64,000 bases of DNA, taken from Octopus sinensis. Lineage: Eukaryota. Made by a program: the position numbers and the translations under genes. The notes below the pieces were generated by a model. That model was not told the origin of the DNA, made no database searches, and saw only the letters and a list, made by a program, of their open reading frames with translations. The stretch is from the NCBI RefSeq assembly GCF_006345805.1, contig NC_043006.1:56482001-56546000 (forward strand), read 5' to 3'. Below, in pieces: positions 1 through 12,169 of this stretch. The stretch's first letter is position 1. Each line of letters opens with the position of its first letter.

Positions 1-790
1 TGGATGTTGTGCTGTTGAAGGAAGTCTGGTGTCAACCTGACAGTATGAGCACGGCTGTTGACGTGCTGGAACATGTGATTCCGATGACGGGCAAAGTATG
101 ACAATGTGTGGCCTCAACACTTGGTCGATGTAGCGAGCAGTGGTTACTCCATTGCCTCGGTCTTGGCCGATGTTTTGGAAGACCACCGGTCCAAGTTTCT
201 GGTTGGGTGCAATCCCGCCCCATACCATGATGCTCTGTCCTTCCCATCAGTCTTTCTCCACCACACAGCCATCGGCATGACGTTCGCCCTTTCTCCAAAC
301 CCTAGCTCTGCCATCTGTCACAGAAATACAATATCGACCTTCAACAGAGAAGACTACAGTTCTCTAATCTAAATATCGTCAGTTCTGACGTTTTTGAGCT
401 CACTGCAGACGTGCCCGTCGATGACGATCTGTGAGGGCGGGGCCCTAACCGGACGTCGACAAGACAGATTGGAAGATCTCAGCCGGCAGCGAACTGTCTC
501 TGCACAAATGGATTTTTGGTGAGTCCCTATGGTCTGCCTAGCTGATTCCGTTGCTCTCCGGAGTCGGTCCTGGAAGTGCTGTCTATGCAGATAGGGATAT
601 TGACATGCCGTTGTAACTCTCGGTCGACCACTGTGTGGACGATCATCCGTGCTGTTTCTAGCATTGCATCCTTCCCTCAGTTGCTCAATTGTCCGAATAC
701 TGTAGTTCTAGTCAGTAGCAATGACTTATGGATGTTGACAAGCATGGAGACGTTCGATGGTTTGCTCCCTCTGATTTCGTATCAGTCTTG
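1..790 (-). mobile_element. Tc1-like transposase remnant, frameshifted, continues off the window edge
   Basis: Minus-strand translation gives DDRPHSGRPRVTT (HTH linker), ETVRCRLR, GQSIMVWGGI, RYIDQVLRPHIV and MFQHVNSRAHT..DFLQQHNI, all typical Tc1 transposase motifs, with stops and frameshifts. Confidence 0.85.
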
Positions 791-799
791 GTATGCTAT

Positions 800-975
<176 letters not shown>

Positions 976-1537
976 GTTATTTCCTTATTTTGGAAGCTTT
1001 TCCTACATACACTGTGATTCCGAGAAAGACGTCGAGAAAAGGATACGATTTCATCGTGTCTTCGGAAACTAGAATCTGAAGCTACAGACAAAGCTCATGG
1101 TGTATCCAGCTGCTGTTTTTTCTCCAATGCTGTCTTTGTATGCCTTCAGTATTTCTCTTTATCTATTTACATTTCTGTCAATTTTTTGTAAGAGACTCTC
1201 ACTGAACACCAATTTGTTTATGCCTTATCTGGCATTACAACTTTTTACTAAATGCTTCTTGCCTTTAAAACTGTTGCTGTCATTCGACAAGACTTTCGCC
1301 TCAGTATTTCCCTGTCTATCTGATTCTCGTTAATAAATCTACTTTTCAGCTTCCTTTGTCCCTTATAATGCGACGAAATCTAAGATTTCTCATTTTCCTC
1401 GCATAGATCTAAAGGCGTAAAATAATAAATATTTAGTATATTTAAACGAAACACATTCGTTATTTGTCTTTTAATATATCTGAGAGGATTACACTTGTAT
1501 AAACTTAATTGCACATTTTCATCATTTTAATTTACAC

Positions 1538-1583
1538 ACTCACATACATACACATACATACACATACATGCACACATACATAC

Positions 1584-1642
<59 letters not shown>

Positions 1643-1656
1643 GGGACAGAGATAGC

Positions 1657-1688
<32 letters not shown>

Positions 1689-1689
1689 C

Positions 1690-1720
<31 letters not shown>

Positions 1721-1796
1721 CAGACAGATACATACATACATACATTCATACATACATACATACATACATACATACATACATACATACATACATACA

Positions 1797-1830
<34 letters not shown>

Positions 1831-1832
1831 CA
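1538..1832. repeat. (CA)/(TA)/(GATA)/(CATA) compound microsatellite
   Basis: Directly visible. Confidence 0.98.
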
Positions 1833-3323
1833 TTCAGTACAGTAGAGTATTCTGAATATAACAAGATATTGCATGTGCTCAAGTGATGCGAAGCTGTCTT
1901 TGTTTATATAGTAAAGTCACTCAATATCATTAATGCTAATGGAATAATAATAGTCAAATTGATAATCACGTTTTTCTTCTTTACAGTAATATTTTAGCAT
2001 TATTGCAGATAAAAGCATCGACAACCACTACAGCAGCAAAAACTAGCAAAAGTTAATAGCAATAAGAACACACACAAAAAATAAGAGAAAACCACAATCA
2101 TAATTATTTACAGGTTTAATACAAAAATATAATTCATTTCAAGTGACAGAAAATCATCAGTAAATATATGTATATAAATTATAGTTTTATTAATTTTATG
2201 TTTAAGAACAGATCAACGTAGGTTGTTAGGAGTGTCAGCTAAAAGGTATGAAATAAGTAAGTGCCATATTTTAATAGCATTTTGTCAGATTGAATTAATT
2301 TCTTACATATTTTTTGTAAATAGGATTTTTTGATTTAATGACATGGGAGTACCTACTTGAGTTCAAATACTTATTGTAACAAAAAGTCATCGCAAAAGTC
2401 AGCAATAGACGAAGACAAAAATTAATTACATGCAACATCATTCATCTGTTGAATTGATTCTAATATATGAAAATGTACTTAATCATTAAACAGAATAACT
2501 CGGGGCTTAAAAGCGTTTGTTGGTAAAAAGGAGCGTTTGCTTAGCAATAAAAGGTTTGTTATTTCGACTCCAGCATGGCATCTCCTCAAAATAACGAATG
2601 CTTTCGTTATTTCACATCAAATTACAAAAGAAAGAAAAATGTATCAATAAATAAAAAATGAAAAATGTTTATGGATATCAGGTGTCCCAGATGAACCAAC
2701 TTCACGGAAGGAGGGGCAGATGAGGGCAGCTGCATCGAACTCTCTCATGCACCAAATGGCAGTTGCTAGAAAGCTTTCGTGAAGTGAAACCAAGTAGCAA
2801 CAACAAATGGCGGTGCCCCAGCATGGCCACAGCTCATAAGCTGAAACTAGAATCAATCAATCAATCTATCTTATCTGAGGCATGAACGAAATTTCCATAA
2901 GCAACGATAATTATTAATCACTTAACACATTAAATTTGCTAACTGGTTGTCCGTTTCACTGGAAATAGCAGCCAAACGTCACTCAAATCCCACTCAGTCG
3001 TTTTAGAAAGCAAACCCTACCTATGTTATCTTGTCTTTCAATTCTGTTGTGTACTCTCCAGTTATTGAATCGATAAATAATTAAGTCATGAAAATAAAAG
3101 TGAGAGAAATGAAGCTTTTAAGATGAACTGCAAATGCATGTGTGTAATTGTATTAAGATATGTATATGTTTTTGTATAACAATATAGGAATAATAATTGA
3201 AGATTTTTATGCATCAAAATATGAAACATACATACATACATACAAATATTTACACACACATATGTATGTATGTGTGTGTGTATATGTATAGATATATATA
3301 TATGCTCATACATACATATACAT

Positions 3324-3647
3324 AGGAGCACTCCGCCGGTTACGACTACGAGGGTCCCAACTGAAACGGTCAACGGAACAGCTTGCTCGTGAATTAACTT
3401 GCAAGTGGCTGAGCATTCCACAGACACATGTACCTTTAATGTTGTTCTCATGGAGATTCAGCGTGAAACAGAGTCTGACAAGGCTGGTCCTTTGAAATGC
3501 AGGTACTACTCATTTTTACCAACTGAGTGGACTGGAGCAAAGTGAAATAAAGTGTCTTGCTCAAGGACACAACGCGTCGCAGGGAATTGAACTGGCGACC
3601 TTACGATCGTGAGCCGAATGCCCCAACCACTAAGCCACGCGCCTTCA
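3324..3647 (-). mobile_element. tRNA-derived SINE with CORE-like segment (here called family S2)
   Basis: Reverse complement has A box TGGCTTAGTGG, B box GTTCAATTCC and TTGTGTCCTTGAGCAAGACACTT (resembles the CORE start TGTGACCTTGGGCAAGTCACTT). Homologous to 4349-4670 and 22076-22340. Confidence 0.9.
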
Positions 3648-3654
3648 AACACAT

Positions 3655-3698
<44 letters not shown>

Positions 3699-3727
3699 AC
3701 ACAAATATCTATACGTATATATATATT

Positions 3728-3935
3728 CTTTTATTCTTTTACTTGTTCCAGTCATTTTAACTGCAGTCATGCTGGAGCACTGCCTTCATTCGAACAATCG
3801 ACCCCAGAACTTATTCAGTTTAAACCTAGTACCTATTCTATCAGTTCTTTTGCCGAACCGCTAAGTTACGGGGACGTAAACACGCCAACATCAGTCGCCA
3901 AGCGATGGTGGGAGGACAAGAAAGGACACACAAAT
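3728..3935 (-). mobile_element. SINE family S1, 3' half
   Basis: Matches the 3' half of the full copies at 26400-26803 and 62612-63033 (GCCGAACCGCTAAG, ATCGACCCC, GCTGGAGCAC). Confidence 0.85.
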
Positions 3936-4001
3936 ACATATCTATATATGTATATATACATGTATGTATAGATAGATAAATAGCTTAATAGATAGATAGA
4001 T

Positions 4002-4345
<344 letters not shown>

Positions 4346-4348
4346 TAG

Positions 4349-4672
4349 TGAGGGCGCGTGGCTTAGTGGTTAGGGCATTCGGCTCATGATCGTAAGGTTG
4401 TGAGTTCGATTCCCGGCGACGCGTTGTGTCCTTGAGCAAGACACTTTGTTTCACGTTGCTCCAGTCCACTCAGCTGGCAAAAATGAGTTGTACTTGTATT
4501 TCAAAGGGTCAGCCTTGTCACTCTCTGTGTCACGCTGATTTTCCCCGAGAACTACGTTAAGGGTACACGTGTCTGTGAAATGCTCAGCCATTTGCACGTT
4601 AATTTCACGAGCAAGCTGTTCCGTTGATCGTATCAGCTGGGACCCTCGTCGTCGTAACCGGCGGAGTCTTTT
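4349..4672 (+). mobile_element. SINE family S2, full length
   Basis: A box TGGCTTAGTGG, B box GTTCGATTCCC, CORE-like segment. Inverted homolog of 3324-3647. Confidence 0.9.
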
Positions 4673-5157
4673 TTTTATATATATATATATATGAGAGGAT
4701 AATTTCATAACTTCGTTAAACAGAAGCGCAAAAATATAATTAGGGGTGGAAGTGTTCAGGTGACACCGAGGCAAAAGGAGAAATAAATTGAAAGGTATAA
4801 TGAATAAACATTTCAACTGATCAAAACAACTTTATATCATTCCCAAATTATCAAAAATCGAATATAAATATATATTAAAATAATAGGGTACCCAATGGTA
4901 AAATCCAATAGGATAAAATATGCACATATACATGAATAAAAGGTGATGAAATCTAAAAGGCTAATAAGAGTGAAGTCGAATAAAGAAAAATATGTGAGAT
5001 AAATTCATGCTTAACAAATGTGACGAAAAAATTTAAGGCAATGGAGCTAAAATAATATAAATATATAAAAACACATGATCATAAATATATAAAATAAAGT
5101 GCAACTAAATCGAAACAGAGTCCATTGAAGACCATTTTTGCGATCGTTTTATATATG

Positions 5158-5345
5158 TATAGTTCTGGAGAGTTTGTGGCTTTCGCTAAAAGAAAATACA
5201 GGAGGATCAATAAATCAGATTCACACACATATTACAGCGGTCCTTCAGTTTGTCAAAGCCCTGTAAAAGAACTCGAAAGGTTGGGCCTCCAACCAAGCCA
5301 TTTGCGATACCCTCGAAGCCAGGAAATTTTCAGTACCCCATCGTA
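5158..5345. mobile_element. Non-autonomous mariner-type MITE
   Basis: Right end GCCAGGAAATTTTCAGTACCCCATCGTA; degenerate left TIR (GGAGAGTTTGTGGCTTT). Same TIR family as 20230-20290. Confidence 0.7.
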
Positions 5346-5491
5346 TATGTATGCGCGTGTTGCTTTCTTTAGAAGCCTAATGCCTTTAGCAAAAAGCTCT
5401 GGCACTTGCCGCATTCGAACGGTCTATGTTATTGTCTATCTTTCCGTATATTACCTTTTGGTCGTGTTCTTTCTGTCCTACCCTTGATTTA

Positions 5492-5568
<77 letters not shown>

Positions 5569-5756
5569 AGTTGTTGAATGAATTATCCTAGTATGTTTAA
5601 TTCGGTTAACCGATACCTGGGTAGCAAATTCACGTCAGAAAAACACGGTTGAAGCTACACGCCAAGGGCAGAGATCACGTGCTTTCGTGTGGAAATTTGT
5701 GTGTTTTTTAATACAACTCAATGAAAGAATGGGGTTGAACGACGATTTAACAAAAT

Positions 5757-5853
5757 TCATTTATTCTCGACATATGTTTCGAAGGCTGCATATTCCTAAT
5801 TTCGAAGGAATAAGGGGTGCATTATGCTGCCTTCTCATCAGGAGAGACAAGGA
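5757..5853 (-). ncRNA. Type I hammerhead ribozyme (left arm), canonical core
   Basis: Minus strand: UCUC-CUGAUGA (5841-5835)-GAAGGC...GCCUUC-GAAA-C-AUAU-G-U-C (C17=5769)-GAGA. Predicted cut between 5769 and 5768. Confidence 0.8.
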
Positions 5854-5985
5854 ACTTATGTCGGCATCAAGATGAACAAAAACTTTTAGATGACTTTTAG
5901 ATTTTAAATAAAAACTCATTATCGCTATGGAATCCGAGTGAGCAGTCATCTAAAAGTTTTTGTTCATCTTGATGCTGACATACGT

Positions 5986-6082
5986 TCCTTGTATCTCCTG
6001 ATGAGAAGGCAGTATAATGCACCCCTTATTCCTTCGAAATTAGGAATATGCAGCCTTCGAAACATATGTCGAGAATAAAGGA
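5986..6082 (+). ncRNA. Type I hammerhead ribozyme (right arm), canonical core
   Basis: CTGATGA 5998-6004; helix II GAAGGC 6005-6010 / GCCTTC 6053-6058; GAAA 6059-6062; helix III AC-ATAT-GT; GTC triplet 6068-6070; helix I TCTC/GAGA, then a 3x3 internal loop, then TCCTT/AAGGA. Confidence 0.85.
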
Positions 6083-6118
6083 ATTTTGTTAAATCGTCGT
6101 TCAACTCCATTCTTTCAT

Positions 6119-6161
<43 letters not shown>

Positions 6162-6172
6162 GTGTGTGTGTG

Positions 6173-6211
<39 letters not shown>

Positions 6212-6227
6212 TGTGTGTGTGTGTATG

Positions 6228-6230
<3 letters not shown>

Positions 6231-6280
<50 letters not shown>

Positions 6281-6798
6281 CATTGTGTACAGTGCTCAGG
6301 TGCACTACAACTCATCTAAAGTGTATGTATAATCAGGTGTAGTTTCGGCGGATTTCGGAAAGCATGAGGGCCTTAAAGGATGCAGTGTCATGGCAGTCAA
6401 CAACTGACGCAGGCAGTTTGTTCCATGCTTCAGCAACTCTGAGCGTGAAAAAATGTTTCAGAAAGTCATGGGAGCTGTGTTGTTTTCTGATTTTGTAGGC
6501 ATGTCCACGTGTGTTAGACACATGAAGATCAAAAAGGTGTTCAGTGTTGTTGTTGGTGAGGTAGTTGATAACTTTGTGGGTGTTTACCAAGTCCATCGCC
6601 AGACGCCGGAGCTTCAGTGAATCCATGCCCAGGGAAACAAGGCGCTCAGAGTATGGTAGGTGCCTGATGGAGGGTATGCGTTTGGTTGCACGTCTCTGAA
6701 CAGATTCCAGGAGGTCAATGTTCTGAGCAAGATAGAGGTTCCAAACTGATGATGCGAATTCCAAGTGTGGTCGTACCATAGCTGTATACAGTTTTAAA
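6231..6798 (-). mobile_element. CR1-clade LINE 3' fragment (RT C-terminus, 3' UTR, (ATT)n tail)
   Basis: LYTAMVRPHLEFASSVW...ESVQRRATKRI...NTRGHAYK...FFTLRVAEAWNKLP, stop at 6333; tail 6231-6279; 5' truncated into a TA tract. Confidence 0.92.
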
Positions 6799-6832
6799 TA
6801 TATGTATATATATATGTATATGTATGTATATG

Positions 6833-6864
<32 letters not shown>

Positions 6865-7074
6865 ATATTATATATATATATATATATATACATATAGTAA
6901 AGAAAAAGTAAGATGGCTAGCAGCAGGCTGTTTCGCCTCATACCGAAGGAATTAGAAATGGCAGTCAAAGACCGTTTTTTTCCATTTTCTATAAGTGGAG
7001 ATTCCAAAAACGAAGGCCCTTACGGCTCACATACACAAAACCGGAGTGGCAAATATACGAAATCAGTCACTTAC

Positions 7075-7138
7075 CGTTAATAGCGAACACGTGTTTCTGG
7101 ATCGCAAACATAGAAAGAATTAGTTTGAATTCCGTCAT
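7075..7138 (-). CDS. Candidate first coding exon MTEFKLILSMFAIQKHVFAIN(G), signal-peptide-like
   Basis: ATG at 7138 (GCGCCGATGA), 64 nt, consensus donor CG|GTAAGT at 7074, in a non-repeat CpG-richer patch. No homolog recognised. Confidence 0.35.
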
Positions 7139-7321
7139 CGGCGCTATATTCGATAGCTTTACCAAATGCCACCAGCCCTCACTTCTGACCCAACGACATC
7201 AGATAGTGGGGGGAAGAGCGCAGATGTTAAAACTAAGTAACGACTGGGAACGTAAATTTTCCCTCCAAAATTCTGCCATGCGCGCTTTCTGGGTAATCGT
7301 AATGGAATATATTTATTGCAT

Positions 7322-7371
<50 letters not shown>

Positions 7372-7378
<7 letters not shown>

Positions 7379-8264
7379 GAAAGAAGGTTTGAAAATGCAA
7401 TTTAAAAGATGTTTATTTACTTAACCGGTTTCACACTTTGAAAAAGGATTGTCAAAAGTAACATGTAGAAGTCTGGTTGCGTTAATTATTGGTTGTTTCA
7501 AATTGCTACATTACATATATACAGTATTTGGTAACAGGGACATGTTAAGGACATAAAAAATTTCAATAGGTTCCTTAAAATATTGGGCACAAAAGATTAC
7601 TACATAAATAATCGTTCTCAAGGACATGCTTAAGATAGTTTCCAGAAGGAATTGATATTGGTATTGGTATTGTATCTGTATATTCAAACATGCACAGAAT
7701 ATTGGTTGACACAGAGTACTATAATCCATATAAATATACATTATTTGGTGACAAGAGTATGTTGAGAGTATAAAAAAGTTTAACAAGCTCATTGAAATAA
7801 TGGGCACAAAAGATTACAACAAATATATTATACATCTCAAGGTAATTTCCAGGAGGAATTATTAAAAAAGTTCAGAATACACGTACAGAATATTATGAGT
7901 TCAAAAAGATTTACATTATAATAGTGGTGAAGCTAAAACTGACCTGTCCGTTTTAGGAGGAGTAATGTGGAACTGAAAAGAAACTATCTTCTGGAAACTA
8001 TCTTAAGCATATCCTTGAGAACGATTATTTATGTAGTAATCTTTTGTGCCCAATATTTTAAGGAACCTGTTGAACTTTTTTATGTTCTTAACATGTCCCT
8101 GTTACCAAAGACTGTATATATGTAATGTAGCAATTTGCAATAACCAATAATTAACGCAACAAAACTTCTTGATGTTACTTTTGACAATCTTTTTCCAAAG
8201 AGTGAAACCGGTAAAGTAAATAAACATCTTTTAAATTGCATTTTCAAACCTTCTTTCGTATATA
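7372..8264. repeat. About 277-bp inverted repeat (7372-7648 / 7988-8264), PLE pLTR-like, each arm with an HHR-like motif
   Basis: Arms are reverse complementary (roughly 90% by eye). Right arm 8176-8218: TACTT-TTGACAA-helix II-GAAAC-CG-GTA-AAGTA. Partial direct copy of the arm inside the spacer (about 7797-7895). Confidence 0.9.
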
Positions 8265-9113
8265 ATTCCACTCGTGCGGTACCCCACAACTCCATTTTGT
8301 TATATCTATATATATATATATATATTATATATATATATGTGTGTGTATATATATGTATATAGTAGTAGTTTTTAAATGAAATAAAATATGTTTCGTCGTT
8401 AATAATTTGAAACACGGTGTATATTGCGTGAGATACGTATTACAAGAAACCGTTTAAATGTTGATGAACAGACCTCAATGCAAATAATGATTTGAGGAAG
8501 ATTTTATAATTCTCTTTTGCTTTATGTTAATTTGAGACTTTTCTTATCAGTTGCTATAATTAGAAAGTAAACAGATCTGTGCAGATGAAGAACTAGGAAA
8601 TTTAATCTTAATATTTTATATTTGCACCGCTTGTAAGACAATCTTAGGTGAAGGATCAAAATTTCAACTAAATGTGAATACTTTCATTAGAATTTTGCAA
8701 TCGAGATTACTGTAAATAAATGTATAAATTATAATCATTCGTATTCTATATTATTGCACATCCACATCACTTGAAGTTTATACGAAGGAAATATTTTCCA
8801 CTGTTCGCAAATAGAATCTAAAAGTTGTAGTTCAAGCGTAAATAGATAAAATTCAAGCCCAAGAGTGCTATAGAGCATCCTTCGAGACATTTCTTGGAAA
8901 ATATATAAACCTATCAAACTATAAAAACAGCACAAAATATATACACAACCATTTTATGAAATAGCAAGAAAATAAATGAGTATACCATTCCTGAACAAAC
9001 ACAGGACGATTAGATTAAGGGACATAATGTAGTTAACGATTCCAACTAAATTGAATGTTTGTTGGATGATGTATAGTTGACAACTGGGAACAAGTCTGAT
9101 ATATATTAAAGAA

Positions 9114-9286
9114 AGGTGAAGTAGTGGCTGTGTGGTAAGTAGCTTGTTTACCAACCACATGCTTCCGGGTTCAGTCCCACTGCGTGGTACCTTGGGCAAG
9201 TGTCTTCTACTATAGCCTTGGGCTGACCAAAGCCTTGTGAGTGGATTTGGTAGACGGAAACTGAAAGAAGCCTGTCGTATATTTTA

Positions 9287-9322
<36 letters not shown>

Positions 9323-9572
9323 ATGTGTGTGTGTGTGTGTGTGTATGTGTGTGTGTATGCTTGTGTTCTATGTTTGTCCCCCCCAACTTCGCTTGACAAA
9401 CAATGGTGGTGTGTTTACGTCCCTGTAACTTAGCGCTTCGGCAAAAAGGGACCAGTAGAATAAGTACTAGGCTTACAAAGAGTAAGTCCTGGGGTCGATT
9501 TGCTCGAGTAAAGGCGGTGCTCCATCATGGCTGCAGTCAAATGACTGAAACAAGTAAAAGAGAGTAAAAGAG
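9114..9572 (+). mobile_element. SINE family S1, full length with internal (TA)/(TG) microsatellite
   Basis: A box TGGCTGTGTGG, B box GGTTCAGTCCC, CTTGGGCAAGTGTCTT, internal microsatellite, AAAAGAG tail. Confidence 0.92.
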
Positions 9573-9819
9573 ACTATAAGCATCGTTACGTAATAACAAT
9601 GTGTTACATTGATGGTTCTTGTACCTTTTATCTCCTACAATCGATAAAGTAAGTCCCAGTTAAACATTGACAATGACGACCGGCACCGATAAAGAAAAAT
9701 AATTTTGTACCAACATAACAAATCAGTATTTGAATATATTAAATTTCACCATTTTTAAAGCAGCCTCATACAAAATTATGATATTTATGATCAATACGTC
9801 ATAGGAAAGGTGGCATATC

Positions 9820-10500
9820 TCTGATTGATAGAATGGTACTGAACAACTGTAAGAAAAGACATACTAATCTGGGTACGGATTGGATTGCTAATATGAAAAA
9901 TTATGACATGGTAACCCATTCTTGTAATTTAGAAAGTCTTCAGTTGATAAAGTTGCTTGATAACATTTTAAATTTTATTAGATCAATAAAGAACTGGATT
10001 ACTGAATTAACATCATGTGGAGAATTTTTGGTGAAAGTTAAAATCAGGAGGGGCATATTTTAGGAAAATAGTCTTTTACCATTACTGTAAGTGATTTGTA
10101 TGATAACCCTCAAGTAGATATTACGGAAAGTAACATCAGGGTATACTTGGGAGAGTGGAGAAAAGTTGAATCGCCTGTTGTCTATGGATAACATAAAGAT
10201 CTTCAGTAAGAGTGAACGTGAAATAAATGTTCTGGTTTCAACAGCGAAGATAGTCAGTTAGGATATCGAAATGGAATTTAGGATTAATAACTGCGGTGTG
10301 CTTATCATAAAAAAAGCAAAGTCTTGTCATCTAATGGTGTAGAACTACCCAATCGGTAACAAAATTAAGGATGTTGAAGTGAATGGAGACAAGTATCTGG
10401 GTATTTTAGGGTATGACAAAACCAAGGAGAGTGAAATGAAGGAAAACTTTAGGCGAGAATATCTCAGGGGGACAAAATTGATTAAGGAGAGAAAGAACAA
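9820..10500 (+). pseudogene. R4/Dong-clade LINE reverse transcriptase remnant
   Basis: LIDRMVLNNCKKRHTNL...YDMVTHS...KVKIRRGIF*ENSLLPLL...SGYTWESGEKLNRLL, matching R4/Dong RT domains (RRGIFQGDSLSPLLF), with many lesions. Confidence 0.85.
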
Positions 10501-10556
10501 TATCAAGCAACATATATATATATATATATATAGATATATATATATATATATATATA

Positions 10557-10954
10557 CTAGCAGTATCGCCCGGCGTTGCTCGGGTTTGTAAGGGAAATAA
10601 CTATATAAGCATGTTTAGAGATGTAAAGTATAATAGCCATCTCAATATGGCTACCCACAAAGGGGGGAGTGTTACTGTAGCTTTTTACGTTCTGAGATTT
10701 AATAATAAATTTTTAGAGAGTTAATTCCCTTATATATGCCAAAAATGCATTAAAAATGGGAAAAATTGATAGCAAATTTTTTTTTTGAATCGTAGACTCA
10801 TCGTAGAGGCGCGCTAATACCCAGAAAAGCTCGATATGAATCACGACTATAAGATACCCGGTTTTGGTTAAACTGCACCGCAAATTGTGGGAGTAGTTAG
10901 GAATCTAAATCGCAGGAGACAGACAGCACACAACCTCTCTTTTATATATAAAGA
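10557..10954 (-). mobile_element. Non-autonomous Helitron
   Basis: Minus strand begins A|TCTTTATATATAAAAG and ends with the hairpin CCCGAGCAACGCCGGG followed by CTAG|T; inserted between A and T with no TSD. Confidence 0.85.
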
Positions 10955-10964
10955 TATATATATA

Positions 10965-11146
10965 AAGGGAAAGTTTACGAAAATAAATAAAAGACGAAGG
11001 CAGGTGGTGTACAAACAAACAGATGTATTCGTATAGCACTCAGGAATAGAAAATTCTTTTACGTTTCGAGCCTACGCTCTTCTACAGAAAGGTAGACAGA
11101 AAAAACAAGGAGAGAAAAAATGTGTGTAGTGGCTAACGATCTATCA
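10965..11146 (-). mobile_element. Solo Penelope pLTR, family A, with HHR-like motif at 11055-11092
   Basis: Homologous to 60400-60600 at the 3' end of the Penelope element; CUGUAGA-A-GAGC-GUAG-GCUC-GAAAC-GUA-AAAG. Confidence 0.8.
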
Positions 11147-12169
11147 TAACCCTTGATTGGTTATTTCTTGTCGCCTGACGTTTAATTGCCTCGAAACTCT
11201 TCTTGAACTGGACGTGATGATTTGTATTTTCTTGTTTTTTGTTGTTTTTTTTTTTGCTTATTTAGTTTTGCATATTTTCACATTTTTTCCTAATTTAATT
11301 AAGGCCGTCTGTGAAGTTTGCTTTGTTGACCATAAAGTACAGTGTACATTGTATTATATTGATGAACATCGGAGTTACGGTAGAATAGTTAGGATGGAGC
11401 GAAATTCATTTTCAAGGCAGAAGTATTTTAAACAAATTGTTTATTTGTATGTTTTGTTGCTGGCAGGTTATATTCAGGTGTTGTTTTGTTGTTTCATTTA
11501 TTTTTATTATTGTTGGCTCGGATTTTTCTTTTTTAATTATTTGCCAAACTAATGAAAGAGGATGTCAGGAGTGCCACATTGTAAATGGTATTTCGCGGTT
11601 GAGTGGCAGTTACTAATGTGTTTTGAATTTTTTTCAGGTCAAGAATGAAGAATTCAAAAGCTCTTTTATAGAAGCAATTTGGTGTGGTTTATTGAATTTG
11701 AAACGTGTCTAAAAGTAGAAATGTCAATATTTCTAAACATTTAAACAACCTAGTACTCATATGCATAAAACTGGAAGAGAATCAGATCACAATAAACATA
11801 AGCGAAGTATATTAGTAAGTTCCCAATGAAAGCAAAAAACAAAAACAAAAACAAAAGAAATAATTTTCAGTTCCTTAAGCGAATAGAGTGAAGCCAAAAG
11901 CATTTTCTCGCTATACACGTGGGAAGAGAGAGCAACATATTGAATAACCGGATGTTTCTTATGAGACAAAGTTTTGCAACAATGTAATGAATATAAACTC
12001 AGAACCGGATATAACCTGATCAATGAACTCTAGCTTAGCTCCAGAACCGGTTGATTTGCCTCTATTCCTTGAAATGTCCATCATGACAGTCTCCTGAATA
12101 TAATCGCAGTTATTTAGGCACTGGAAAAAAGCAATAATAACACGAATAAATTTATGGATTTATAGATTT

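Larger units (their letters stand above)
5720..6119. repeat. 176-bp inverted repeat (arms 5720-5895 and 5944-6119, 48-bp spacer); inverted Penelope-type pLTR pair
   Basis: Arms are reverse complements with 6 mismatches counted by eye; each arm carries a hammerhead motif. Confidence 0.95.

Noticed and set aside
1090-1335. Possible decayed transposase-like frame on the minus strand
   Set aside because: Many stops and no motif that can be named confidently.
5015-5128. TGACGA...CGAAACAGAGTC possible hammerhead
   Set aside because: C3 is missing and about 85 nt of unpairable AT-rich sequence separate the halves.
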